Shown: positions 20,327 through 29,602, numbered from the stretch's first letter. The stretch is DNA of 64,000 nucleotides from Candidatus Woesearchaeota archaeon (GCA_964509675.1 CAZDXC010000002.1:71425-135424), one strand, 5' to 3'. Made by a program: numbers and translations. Notes: generated from the letters alone by a model not told the origin.

Positions 20327-21504
20327 GATGCCAATTTAGTATAATCATCAACAGTTTCTTTTATTATCTTTTTCCATTTGTATTTATTAGCATATTTTCT
20401 TATATCTCTTTTTTTCCATTTTAATATACTCCTAACAGCCATAACAATTTCTTCAGAATTTTTTGGCTTTATTATTATCCCTTCTCTACCATTTCTAATC
20501 ATCAGAGAAACTCCCCCTACATTAGTTACTATAACTGGCAAATTCATTGCTATGGCTTCCATTGCTGTAACTGGAGCTCCTTCTTTTGAGCTTGGTAGAA
20601 TTAATGCGTCTGCAGAACTAAGGTATAACAATTTTTTTTCTCCAAAAACTCCTCCAAGAAATTTTACATTTTTTATGTTATTTTTTTCTGCATAATTCTG
20701 AAAGAATTCTTTTTCATTTCCATAACCAAGAAGATATAATTCAACGCCAGTTAATTTTTTCATAGCATCAAGAAGGAATTTAATTCCTTTTATACTATTT
20801 ATTCTTCCAACATAAATAATAATTTTTTTATTTTCTTTTATTTTCAATTTTTTTCTTGCGATTTTTTTGTCGAATTTATGAAAATATTCATTTTCAATAC
20901 CCATTGTTTGAAATTTTATCTTGGACTTAGGTGCAATTTTTTTCAGATATTCTATTTCCCCTTTACTGAGTGCATAAAAGACATTTATGTTCTTCAAAAC
21001 AAAGTTCTCCCAAATCTCTCCAATTATAAAAAAAGGAAAAAAGCACCAATATTTCTTTTTTTCTTTCAAATGTTTTAAGGGGCAACTTCCACCATGGTGT
21101 TGCGTGATTATCTTTTGTTTTTTAAAAAAGCTTGCTATTAACAAGCCATGCAGATTATGGTACTCATGAAGATGAATAATCAAATCATATCCATTATTTT
21201 TACTTTTATCAATTTCTTTTTTAAGTTCTTTTAGCATTTTAATTGAAAAATCTAAAGCATATATTGGAGAAAAATTAACAGGAAAAAATCTGAAAAGAAC
21301 TCCAAATTCTGTAAAATTAGACTCTTTCTTATTTAGTTTTTCAGGAGCCCAGCATTCAACCTCAATTTCAGGATAAAATTTTTTTAATTGCTCTGCAGTT
21401 TTTGAATACCAATCATTCAATGTAATCTTTTTTAAATCATCATCTTTATCTGCAAAATAGGAATGAGAAGCATGTGCTATTTGTATTACTTTTAATCTTT
21501 TCAT
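20323..21504 (-). CDS. Glycosyltransferase family 4
   Basis: YVGRINSIKG, PSSKEGAPVTAMEAIAMNLPVI. Confidence 0.92.
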   Translation of the reverse strand: MKRLKVIQIAHASHSYFADKDDDLKKITLNDWYSKTAEQLKKFYPEIEVECWAPEKLNKKESNFTEFGVLFRFFPVNFSPIYALDFSIKMLKELKKEIDKSKNNGYDLIIHLHEYHNLHGLLIASFFKKQKIITQHHGGSCPLKHLKEKKKYWCFFPFFIIGEIWENFVLKNINVFYALSKGEIEYLKKIAPKSKIKFQTMGIENEYFHKFDKKIARKKLKIKENKKIIIYVGRINSIKGIKFLLDAMKKLTGVELYLLGYGNEKEFFQNYAEKNNIKNVKFLGGVFGEKKLLYLSSADALILPSSKEGAPVTAMEAIAMNLPVIVTNVGGVSLMIRNGREGIIIKPKNSEEIVMAVRSILKWKKRDIRKYANKYKWKKIIKETVDDYTKLAS

Positions 21505-21540
21505 TAAAAATTAAAAAGTATCTTTTTGTAAAAAAGATCT

Positions 21541-21570
21541 TCATTCTCCTGTAACTAAGACTTTTACCAT
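21541..21570 (-). pseudogene. 9-codon stub MVKVLVTGE*, probable remnant of a deleted NAD-dependent epimerase/dehydratase
   Basis: ATG GTA AAA GTC TTA GTT ACA GGA GAA TGA matches the start of extended SDRs (compare MKVFVTGATG at 37197). A TATA-like box lies about 20 nt upstream. Confidence 0.5.
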
Positions 21571-21671
21571 TAATAAAAACACAAAATTCCTTTTAAATAG
21601 ATTTATGTATTAAAAATATATTTTTACCATTCATCAATAATCTTTATAAATAAATACCCTTTTTTCCTAAA

Positions 21672-22808
21672 ATGCCAACAATGTCTTTTAGTCATAAAGT
21701 TAGACTCTTTTCTAATTTTATTCTTGACAGAAGATTTAAAGAAATAAAAAATATGTTTTGGGTTTATCCTCTTTGGTGGAATAGAAAAACAGCAGCTTTT
21801 TTATTGAATAAATTATTTCCAAAATTAGGAATAGATTTATTTCCTCCTTTTTTGGAAATAGAACCAACAACAGCATGTAATTTTAGATGTGTTTGTTGTG
21901 AGCATACTTATTGGCATGAAAAACCCAAAAATATGACATTTGAACAATTTAAAAAGATATTTGATGATTTCGGAAAACCAAAATGGCTTGGGCTTACAGG
22001 AATAGGTTCTTCTTATTTAAATAGAGATTATCATAAAATGCTTGTTTACGCAAAATCAAAGGGGACTATTGTAGAAGTTTTTGACCATTTTGCACATTTT
22101 AAGAATGATAATCAGATAAAGGAATTAATTGAGATAGGCCCCGATTTTCAGTTTATTTCAACTTACGGAGCATCAAAAAAATCTTTTGAGAAAGTATGCA
22201 AGGGAAGTAATTATAAAAGAATAGAAAAAAATTTGAAAACTTTTGTTAGATTAAAAAAACAAATGAAAAAAAAATTTCCAATATTAAATTTTCATTATAT
22301 CATAACAAGCGAGTCTAAAGAGGAAGTTCTTAAATTTTTAGATTTTGTTCATTCATTAAACACGGAGGTAGGAGAAATTTTATTAACTCCAATGCTTCAT
22401 GGCTTTAAAGAAGCAGAAAAATATGTCGCAGAAGTAGATGAAAATTATGTAAACAAAATAAAAGAAAGAGCAAAAAAATATAATATTCCAATAACAATTA
22501 ATATGTCTGCAAAACAAGAAGCTGAAGGATTAGAAAAAAAACCCCCAATGAAAAATTGTAAGGAATATATAATGCCCTTCATTTTTGTTACCGGGCATAT
22601 TACTCCTTGTTGTGGACAGAATGAGGCTAATGCAAGAGACTGGCAGAAAAAGGTATCATTAGGAAATGCATTAGAAAAGCCCTTCAGAGAGATTTGGTAT
22701 TCTCCGAGATATGTCCAAATGAGAAAGATGATAAGAGAGAATAAATTACCCAAAGAATGTGCATTATGTCCTGCATATAATATAAATCAAAAGAGGTCAA
22801 TAAAATGA
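21672..22808 (+). CDS. Radical SAM protein with SPASM/twitch domain
   Basis: EIEPTTACNFRCVCC; C-terminal CKEY..P...TG...PCC...LGN...F.EIW...C.LCP. Confidence 0.9.
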   Translation: MPTMSFSHKVRLFSNFILDRRFKEIKNMFWVYPLWWNRKTAAFLLNKLFPKLGIDLFPPFLEIEPTTACNFRCVCCEHTYWHEKPKNMTFEQFKKIFDDFGKPKWLGLTGIGSSYLNRDYHKMLVYAKSKGTIVEVFDHFAHFKNDNQIKELIEIGPDFQFISTYGASKKSFEKVCKGSNYKRIEKNLKTFVRLKKQMKKKFPILNFHYIITSESKEEVLKFLDFVHSLNTEVGEILLTPMLHGFKEAEKYVAEVDENYVNKIKERAKKYNIPITINMSAKQEAEGLEKKPPMKNCKEYIMPFIFVTGHITPCCGQNEANARDWQKKVSLGNALEKPFREIWYSPRYVQMRKMIRENKLPKECALCPAYNINQKRSIK

Positions 22809-23794
22809 AAATAGATTATCTTTATGCTCTTGAGAACATAATTCCAAATAAAAAAAGGAGAAGGATAATTCTTGCAGTTACGAATTTATGCAATTCTAAA
22901 TGCAAAACATGTTCTATGTGGAAAAATAAAAAAAGAACAGAATTAAGCTTGGAAGAACTGGAAAAATTTGCGAACACAAACCTCTTCAAAGAAGCAAGAT
23001 TTCTTTCTATAACAGGAGGAGAACCTTTCCTCAGAAAAGACATAGATAAAATTGTAAATTTGTTAAGAAGCAAAAATCCAAAATTGCATATCACGATTCT
23101 AACAAATGCCCTCCTTCCAGAAATCATAGAAGAAAAAGTACAGAAAATGCCTAAAGATGTTTTAATAACTTTATCTTTTAATGGAAAAGAACAAGTTCAT
23201 GATGAAACAAGAGGAGTGAAAGGAAATTTCAAAAAACTTCTTCAGACAATAGAAATCCTAAAAAGATTGAATATGAATATGAGTTCTATTTTCACTGTCA
23301 CAAAAGAAAATTATGATCAGTTATTATGGGCTTGGGATTTTGCAAAACAAAACAATCTCAATATAATGTTTTCTCCTGAAATGGATTATGGAAGACTAGA
23401 ACATGAAACAAAAAACAGAACACTAACAGAAGAAGAAAGAAATGCTGTTCTCCAGCAACTGAAAAAAATTTACTTAGAAAGAAGGAGAGGATTTTTTGAC
23501 AAAACCTATCTTTTATTCTTCAAGAAATTCTATGAAAAAAAGACAATTTCAAATAACTGCTATGCAGGAACAAACTCTCTCTATATAGATTTCACAGGAG
23601 ATATCTATCCATGTGAGAATCTCGTAGGAAGAATTCAGTCATTCGGAAATATAAAAACAAGTTTCACAATGCCTCTGAATTATAAAAATAAAGTGAAGAA
23701 GATGAAATGCTACGAAGGATGTTATCTTCTTTGTGAGATGGTTAGGAATATGAGAAAGCATCCTATAAAATCAATGAGAGAGATGAGAAATTAA
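22805..23794 (+). CDS. Radical SAM protein with SPASM/twitch domain
   Basis: CNSKCKTC, ITGGEPFLR, HDETRGVKG, CYAG...IDFTGDIYPCE. Confidence 0.92.
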   Translation: MKIDYLYALENIIPNKKRRRIILAVTNLCNSKCKTCSMWKNKKRTELSLEELEKFANTNLFKEARFLSITGGEPFLRKDIDKIVNLLRSKNPKLHITILTNALLPEIIEEKVQKMPKDVLITLSFNGKEQVHDETRGVKGNFKKLLQTIEILKRLNMNMSSIFTVTKENYDQLLWAWDFAKQNNLNIMFSPEMDYGRLEHETKNRTLTEEERNAVLQQLKKIYLERRRGFFDKTYLLFFKKFYEKKTISNNCYAGTNSLYIDFTGDIYPCENLVGRIQSFGNIKTSFTMPLNYKNKVKKMKCYEGCYLLCEMVRNMRKHPIKSMREMRN

Positions 23795-25674
23795 TCTTTT
23801 TTATGTTTTTTCCATGCATAAATATATGCCTCAAGCATTTTATCTGCAAAAGATTTCCAGCTTAAATTATCCCTTACAAATAATGTAGCTTTTTTTGCCT
23901 GTTCTTTGTATTTTTCTGTGTTATTATAAATTTCAAGAATTGCTTTATCATAATCTCTAGTTACTATTCCAAGATTATTTTTTTTAATCAAGGGTGCTGT
24001 TTCTATCCCTAAAGAAACAATTATTGGAATACCTGCACACAGGGCTTCTATAGGAGCCAAAACTCCTCCCTGCCTTTTTATCGGAAATAATCCGACATTC
24101 GCAGCCTTGTATAAATCTCTCAGCTCCTCTCTTGTCTTAAGATATTCTGCAAATAAGACATTTTTTTGCAAATTTTTCTCTTTTACATATTCTTCCAATT
24201 TCCTCCTGTATTCTGCATCTTCTCTTCCTGTCATGATAAGAAGAACCTTCGGAATCTTTTCTCTCACTTTTTCTATTGCCTTTATGCTGTCAAATTGATT
24301 TTTAACATCGCATAATATTCCAGATTGTATTACAACAAATTTATCTTCCAGGTTGAATTTTTTTACTGCATTGGAAGCTTTTCCTTTTGAGAAAAAATCA
24401 TAATCAATTCCAAAGTCCACAAGTTTAGCATCCTTTCCATATCTTTTCTTCGCTCTTGCTTGATTCAGGCTTTCAGCAACAGTAATAATATCTATGCTAT
24501 TTCTTACAATAAATCTATCTATCGAGTTTCTTATTTTACTTAGAGTTTTTAAAAAAATTCCTGCATTTGGCTTGCTGAATAAATTTGGAGGGAGATTCAT
24601 AAACCACACCGCTGGTTTTTTCCTTGGAAATAAAGTCCAAGTTACAGGAAAGTCATGAAAATTGACAATATCATAATTATGTTCAATTTCCTTCATCTTT
24701 TTCCTGAAAACTTTTATTGCATTTAAAACATCAGACATGCTCTTGTATCCGGGGGGTTGTAAATCGATATTGTTTTTTGTAGTTATTATTGTAGTATTGA
24801 GCAATTTAGCTTCGACTTCTTTTGAACTGGATAATGCTAATATATCATTCTTTATCCCCCTTTTTGTTAATTCATTCGCGAGTTCAACAATTAAAAGTTC
24901 TCCTCCTCCATAATATTTCATCTGATTGTGAACTATCAGAACTTTCTGATTATTCTCTTTTATCATTTGTTTTGCCATGTTTAAGTCTTCAAAGTCATTT
25001 ATATTTACATAGCCGTCCGCAATTTTGTAAATCTTTACATTTTTTCCATCATCAATAGCACATTGTATCATATCAACCATCTCTTTCTGATTTCTATACA
25101 TATTAATTGGAGTTTTCTCTATGTAATCTAATATTTCATTTTTGAAAATGCAATGTCCTGTTCCCTTAATATTGTTGATTGGAAAGCGAGGCTTTTCAAT
25201 CAGCCGGAAAATTCTTCCTTTTTCATTCAGCATTATAGAATATGTTTTTTTTATGCTTGATTTGTCTTTTTCATACACAACTCCACAGATCGCAAACAAT
25301 TCCTTCCTTTTGAATTCATTCAACATTCCTCTTATATCTGAATTAATCATTACTTCATCTCCAAGCATTAAGATGAAATCGCTTTTTCCTATAGCCTCTT
25401 TCGCATTATTAATTGCATTTACTATTCCTTCTCCCTTTTTTTCAATTACATAAGTAATTTTTATTTCCTTGTACCTTTTGCCTATCTTTTTGGTGATATC
25501 TTTTGGTTTGTAGCAAAGAACTAAGATTATTTCTGTAACTCCTGCCTCAACTGCTCTATCTAAATTGTATTCGAGAACAGTTTTGTCATACAATTCAAGA
25601 ATTGTCTTATTTTTGTTTGAAGTGATTTCCTTTAGTCTTGTTCCTTTTCCTCCAGAAATTATAACAGCCTTCAT
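23791..25674 (-). CDS. Sugar-1-phosphate nucleotidyltransferase fused to GT4 glycosyltransferase
   Basis: N-terminal GGKGTRL, LGD, EKP, VNINDFEDL; C-terminal YYGGGE, EALCAGIPII. Start at 25674 is supported by TTTAAATA 21 nt upstream (alternative start 25695). Confidence 0.88.
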   Translation of the reverse strand: MKAVIISGGKGTRLKEITSNKNKTILELYDKTVLEYNLDRAVEAGVTEIILVLCYKPKDITKKIGKRYKEIKITYVIEKKGEGIVNAINNAKEAIGKSDFILMLGDEVMINSDIRGMLNEFKRKELFAICGVVYEKDKSSIKKTYSIMLNEKGRIFRLIEKPRFPINNIKGTGHCIFKNEILDYIEKTPINMYRNQKEMVDMIQCAIDDGKNVKIYKIADGYVNINDFEDLNMAKQMIKENNQKVLIVHNQMKYYGGGELLIVELANELTKRGIKNDILALSSSKEVEAKLLNTTIITTKNNIDLQPPGYKSMSDVLNAIKVFRKKMKEIEHNYDIVNFHDFPVTWTLFPRKKPAVWFMNLPPNLFSKPNAGIFLKTLSKIRNSIDRFIVRNSIDIITVAESLNQARAKKRYGKDAKLVDFGIDYDFFSKGKASNAVKKFNLEDKFVVIQSGILCDVKNQFDSIKAIEKVREKIPKVLLIMTGREDAEYRRKLEEYVKEKNLQKNVLFAEYLKTREELRDLYKAANVGLFPIKRQGGVLAPIEALCAGIPIIVSLGIETAPLIKKNNLGIVTRDYDKAILEIYNNTEKYKEQAKKATLFVRDNLSWKSFADKMLEAYIYAWKKHKKD

Positions 25675-25791
25675 TACTTCTCTTTCACTTTCCATTATTT
25701 AAAGCATTTATATAAGAAAACTATATTCTTTCAAAATATATATTGAACCTAATTACATAATACTTAAAAATAACCCTTTTTATGTCGTCTG

Positions 25792-27330
25792 ATGAAGATA
25801 ACCTTAATATCTACTTCAACCTTTCCTTCAGATCAGGGTATAAGAACAATTTCCAGTGTTTTAAAAAAAGAAGGACATGATGTAAAAATAGTTTTTATGA
25901 CTCTTAGTGAAGATTATTCTCAAAATTATAATCTTTCGGAATTAATTCAATTGTTACAAATTTGTAAAGACAGTAAATTAATAGGAGTAAATTCTTTTGC
26001 CTCAACTTCTACAAGAGCATCGAGAATAATTTCTTTTCTTAAGAAAAATCTTTATATACCTATAGTTTATGGAGGAGTTCATGCAACTATTTCTCCTGAA
26101 GATTGCATAAAGTTTTCGGATATTGTTTGTATTGGAGAAGGAGAAGGAGCAATAATAGATATAACAAAAGCAATAGAAAAAGGAAAAAATTTTGAGAAAA
26201 TAAAAAATCTTTGGATAAAAAAAAGAGGAGGAATTGTAAAGAATCCTGTAAGAAATCTCATAGATGATTTAGATTCTCTTCCGATGCCAGATTATGATAT
26301 AGAAACCCATTATATTCTTAACAAGGGAAAGATAAGAAAATTTATTGAAGAGGATTTGGCAGGACAGATTTTTTTCCTGACAGGAAGAGGATGTCCTTAT
26401 GGTTGTGATTATTGCAGCAATTCTTTTTTTAATAAACTTTATGAAAAAAAAAGAAAAAAAATTTTAAGGTGGCATTCCCCCGAATATATAATTAAGGGCA
26501 TACTTGAACTTAAAGAAAAATTTCCTAAAACTCTTTCTTATTTTGATATAAGAGACGACACTTTTTCATTACGGCCTTTAGGAGATATAAAGAAATTTTG
26601 TAAACTCTATAAAGAGAAAATTAAAATGAGATTTAAATGCCTTGCAGATCCACATACTGTTTCTGACGAAAAAATAGCCTTTTTAGTAGATGCAGGCTGT
26701 ACTGATATAATAATAGGAATACAAGGAAGTGAAAGAACTAATCTTGAAGTTTATCATAGAAATCAAAAAGATGAGGATGTTTTGAGGGCCGCACAGATAT
26801 TGAATAAATACAAAGCTAAACTTACTGTTATGTATGATGTAATTACTTGTAATCCATATGAGAATCCAGAAGATATAATAAATTTAATAAAACTTCTACA
26901 GCAAATTCCAAAACCTTATTACCTTTCTGTGAATAATTTAGTATTTTTTCCTGGTTCTCAATTATATAGAAAAGCTATCAATGACCCAAACTTAAATAAT
27001 TTCATAGAAGCATCCTCAAAATTAAACTATTGGGATAGAGCAAAACATATTAGGCTAAAGAAAAAAAATGCTTACCTTGTTTTAATCTTGAATTTAATGA
27101 GGGGGGCAGTTACAGAAAAAAGATTTGGGTTTATGCCCAACAAATTGCTAAAACGGCTTTTGGAACAGGGAAGAATAAATAGAAATCTTATAGATGATTT
27201 TAGGACAAAAATTTTACTAAGAGCTGTAGAAACCAGTGATTTAATACGTGAAAAAATTGCAAAACCTCTTTATCGCTCCTTCCCAGTTAATTTTAAGGGT
27301 TGGTATGATAAAATAAGATATAGGATGTAA
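25792..27330 (+). CDS. Cobalamin-binding radical SAM protein
   Basis: GIRTISSVL, YGGVHAT, GEGE, RGCPYGCDYC. Confidence 0.93.
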   Translation: MKITLISTSTFPSDQGIRTISSVLKKEGHDVKIVFMTLSEDYSQNYNLSELIQLLQICKDSKLIGVNSFASTSTRASRIISFLKKNLYIPIVYGGVHATISPEDCIKFSDIVCIGEGEGAIIDITKAIEKGKNFEKIKNLWIKKRGGIVKNPVRNLIDDLDSLPMPDYDIETHYILNKGKIRKFIEEDLAGQIFFLTGRGCPYGCDYCSNSFFNKLYEKKRKKILRWHSPEYIIKGILELKEKFPKTLSYFDIRDDTFSLRPLGDIKKFCKLYKEKIKMRFKCLADPHTVSDEKIAFLVDAGCTDIIIGIQGSERTNLEVYHRNQKDEDVLRAAQILNKYKAKLTVMYDVITCNPYENPEDIINLIKLLQQIPKPYYLSVNNLVFFPGSQLYRKAINDPNLNNFIEASSKLNYWDRAKHIRLKKKNAYLVLILNLMRGAVTEKRFGFMPNKLLKRLLEQGRINRNLIDDFRTKILLRAVETSDLIREKIAKPLYRSFPVNFKGWYDKIRYRM

Positions 27331-27333
27331 AAT

Positions 27334-28047
27334 TTAATTTGCAGTTCTAAAGTCTTTCATTTTTTCTTTATAATTTATGGGGTCTTTTACGTTAGCCCAA
27401 TAAAATCCTTCTTGCCTTAAACGACAAGCAAGACAAGTTCCACAATGTTCTCCTTTTATACTATTGTAACAACTAAAAGTATACTTGAAATTCACACCAA
27501 GTTTTTCCCCTAAAAGAATAATGTCTTCTTTATCCTTCTTTATAAGCGGAGCCTTAATCTGAAAATTTTTATAACAACTTATTTTGCTTAACTTATTCAT
27601 CTGCTTAATAAATTTGGAGGTAGTATCAGGATAAGCTTCTTTTCCCTCGTTTTTAAAACCAACAAATAAATCATATTTTTTTTTGCTTTTGATATATAAA
27701 GATTCTGCAAGTGTAAGAGAGTAAATCAAAAAAACAGTATTCCTGCAGGGAATATACAGCCTCTTAGATTCTTTAGAACTATCTTTTAATTTTCTTCTTG
27801 TAATTTTTTGAGGTTTATTTTTTAAGGATTTTGTTATATCCCCCAACCATTTTAAATCCACTTCAATAAATTCTGCAGAAATATCTTTAGCACATTTTCT
27901 AGATGAATTTCTCTCTTGAATGACGCTTTTTTGGTTATAATTAAAAAAAACAAGTTTGATATCTTTGTATTTTAATATTTTTTTGACATAATAAGCAGTC
28001 GTAACACTATCCAATCCCCCAGAACACAATATTATTGCATTTTTCAT
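27334..28047 (-). CDS. queC: 7-cyano-7-deazaguanine (preQ0) synthase QueC
   Basis: PP-loop CSGGLDS, YNQKS..E, YIPCRN, YPD, zinc site TFSCY...HCGTCLACRLR. Confidence 0.92.
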   Translation of the reverse strand: MKNAIILCSGGLDSVTTAYYVKKILKYKDIKLVFFNYNQKSVIQERNSSRKCAKDISAEFIEVDLKWLGDITKSLKNKPQKITRRKLKDSSKESKRLYIPCRNTVFLIYSLTLAESLYIKSKKKYDLFVGFKNEGKEAYPDTTSKFIKQMNKLSKISCYKNFQIKAPLIKKDKEDIILLGEKLGVNFKYTFSCYNSIKGEHCGTCLACRLRQEGFYWANVKDPINYKEKMKDFRTAN

Positions 28048-28068
28048 AGATATTTCATTTAGATAATC

Positions 28069-28076
28069 TTTATAAA
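28069..28076. promoter_or_regulatory. Palindromic TATA box (TTTATAAA) shared by divergent queC and mini-aIF5A-like gene
   Basis: Exactly 21 nt from the queC ATG (28047) and 21 nt from the ATG at 28098. The same spacing occurs upstream of other genes in the window. Confidence 0.7.
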
Positions 28077-28097
28077 TTTGTCTTATGAAGATATCTT

Positions 28098-28292
28098 ATG
28101 AAAAAATCTGCAAGGGAGTTAAAAAAGGGAGATAAGATATTAATAGCAAATCGAGAATATTTTGTAGAAGAATTAGAAATATCAGATATAGGAAAACACG
28201 GAATGAGAAAAGTAAGGATTGTTGCAATTTCCCCTCAACAGGAAAAAATAATCCTCATACGTCCTGAAGATTATCCCTTTGACTTCCTTTAA
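28098..28292 (+). CDS. Small protein resembling the N-terminal (hypusine-loop, SH3-like) domain of a/eIF5A
   Basis: ARELKKGDKILI...VEELEISDIGKHGMRKVRIVA parallels aIF5A ..LK.G.YI.I...V.....SK.GKHG.AK.R.... Only 64 aa, with no C-terminal OB domain. Confidence 0.75.
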   Translation: MKKSARELKKGDKILIANREYFVEELEISDIGKHGMRKVRIVAISPQQEKIILIRPEDYPFDFL

Positions 28293-28293
28293 A

Positions 28294-29199
28294 ATGATAG
28301 ATGTAATCATAACTTCCTATAATGAACCAAAGTCCACTCTAAGAGCAGTTAATGCTTTTTTAAAACAGAACACAAAAGAAAATTTTAGGATAGTTATCTG
28401 TGATCCATTTAAAAAAGTAAGGAATTTTATAAAAAAAGAAATAAAAGACAAAAGAGTTAGATTTTTCCTTGACCCTGGAGAGGGAAAAAGCTATGCCCTT
28501 AATTTAATTTTTGAAAAATTGAAATCAGATAATAAAGAAGACATATTTATACTTACTGATGGCGATGTTTATGTTTCAGATAACGCTATTGGTGAAATTT
28601 CTAATGCCTTTAAAGATAAAGAGATTGGTTGTGTGACAGGAAGACCAATGTCTATAGATGAAAAAAATACAAAATTTGGATATTGGTCTCATTTGTTATT
28701 TTCAGGAATTCATAAAATAAGAAAAAAATTATCAGATGAGAAAAAATTTTTGGAATGCTCAGGATACTTATTTGCAATACGTAAGGGAGTAATAAATGAC
28801 TTTCTCATAGATGCATCAGAAGATTCTGTAATCCCTTATCTATTCTGGCAAAAAGAGTATAAAATAAAATATCTTCCAGAAGTAAAAGTATATGTAAAAA
28901 ACCCAGATAATATAAAGGACTGGGAAAATCAAAAAATAAGAAATGTAAAAGGACATGAAAACTTGAATAAGATATTCCCCAAAATGTCAAGGACAAAAAC
29001 TTTTTGGAATGAGATTAGATATGGTTTTTTTCACACTTTATTTTTCCCCCAAAACTTCAAGGAATTTATATGGACTATGAGTCTTTTAAAAGCGAGGTAT
29101 AAGATTTATAATAAAGCATTCAAAGACCTAAATAAAGAAAAAATGTATTTTGATGGTTGGAGAGAAACAGAAATAAATTCAACTAAAACTCTTGATTAA
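28294..29199 (+). CDS. Glycosyltransferase family 2
   Basis: DVIITSYNE, GKSYALN, LTDGD (DxD), SGYLFAIR, SED. Start is ATG 28294. Confidence 0.9.
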   Translation: MIDVIITSYNEPKSTLRAVNAFLKQNTKENFRIVICDPFKKVRNFIKKEIKDKRVRFFLDPGEGKSYALNLIFEKLKSDNKEDIFILTDGDVYVSDNAIGEISNAFKDKEIGCVTGRPMSIDEKNTKFGYWSHLLFSGIHKIRKKLSDEKKFLECSGYLFAIRKGVINDFLIDASEDSVIPYLFWQKEYKIKYLPEVKVYVKNPDNIKDWENQKIRNVKGHENLNKIFPKMSRTKTFWNEIRYGFFHTLFFPQNFKEFIWTMSLLKARYKIYNKAFKDLNKEKMYFDGWRETEINSTKTLD

Positions 29200-29602
29200 C
29201 TTTAAATTTCCTAAGTTTTTCTCTTAATTCCTTTAAAGAATTCACTATTTTTGTAGAATGTATTACTATCGCACTTAGGTTATCTAAGGCGTCTTCTATA
29301 GGTTCATCTTCTTTAATCCCTATCACAGGAATTCCTTTCGCATAAGCATAACCTAATTCCCAAGCAGTTCCGGCACCAATATGTAATCCATTTAAATCAG
29401 CGATAACCAAAGAAATATCTTTAAAACCATTTATTATATCTCCATTAAATGCTTTTTCTACATCCCCTATCTCTTTGATTAATCCAATATCTCGATGTGG
29501 AAGAAAGGTTTCAAAATCAAGTTCTTCTGCTATTTTTGCTATTTTTTCCAAGAATTTTCTTTCATTTTCACTACATAATTTGCCTGCAATGTAAACTTTC
29601 AT
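29183..29602 (-). CDS. Nucleoside 2-deoxyribosyltransferase / nucleotide N-hydrolase family protein
   Basis: KVYIAG, FLPHRD, D, GTAWELGYAYAKGIPVIG (catalytic Glu motif). Confidence 0.88.
   Translation of the reverse strand: MKVYIAGKLCSENERKFLEKIAKIAEELDFETFLPHRDIGLIKEIGDVEKAFNGDIINGFKDISLVIADLNGLHIGAGTAWELGYAYAKGIPVIGIKEDEPIEDALDNLSAIVIHSTKIVNSLKELREKLRKFKVNQEF

Noticed and set aside
27334..28047. Qat, Dpd or type IV CBASS defence system
   Set aside because: No qatA/B/D, dpdA/TGT or recognisable CD-NTase plus effector is adjacent, and QueC is canonical in length.
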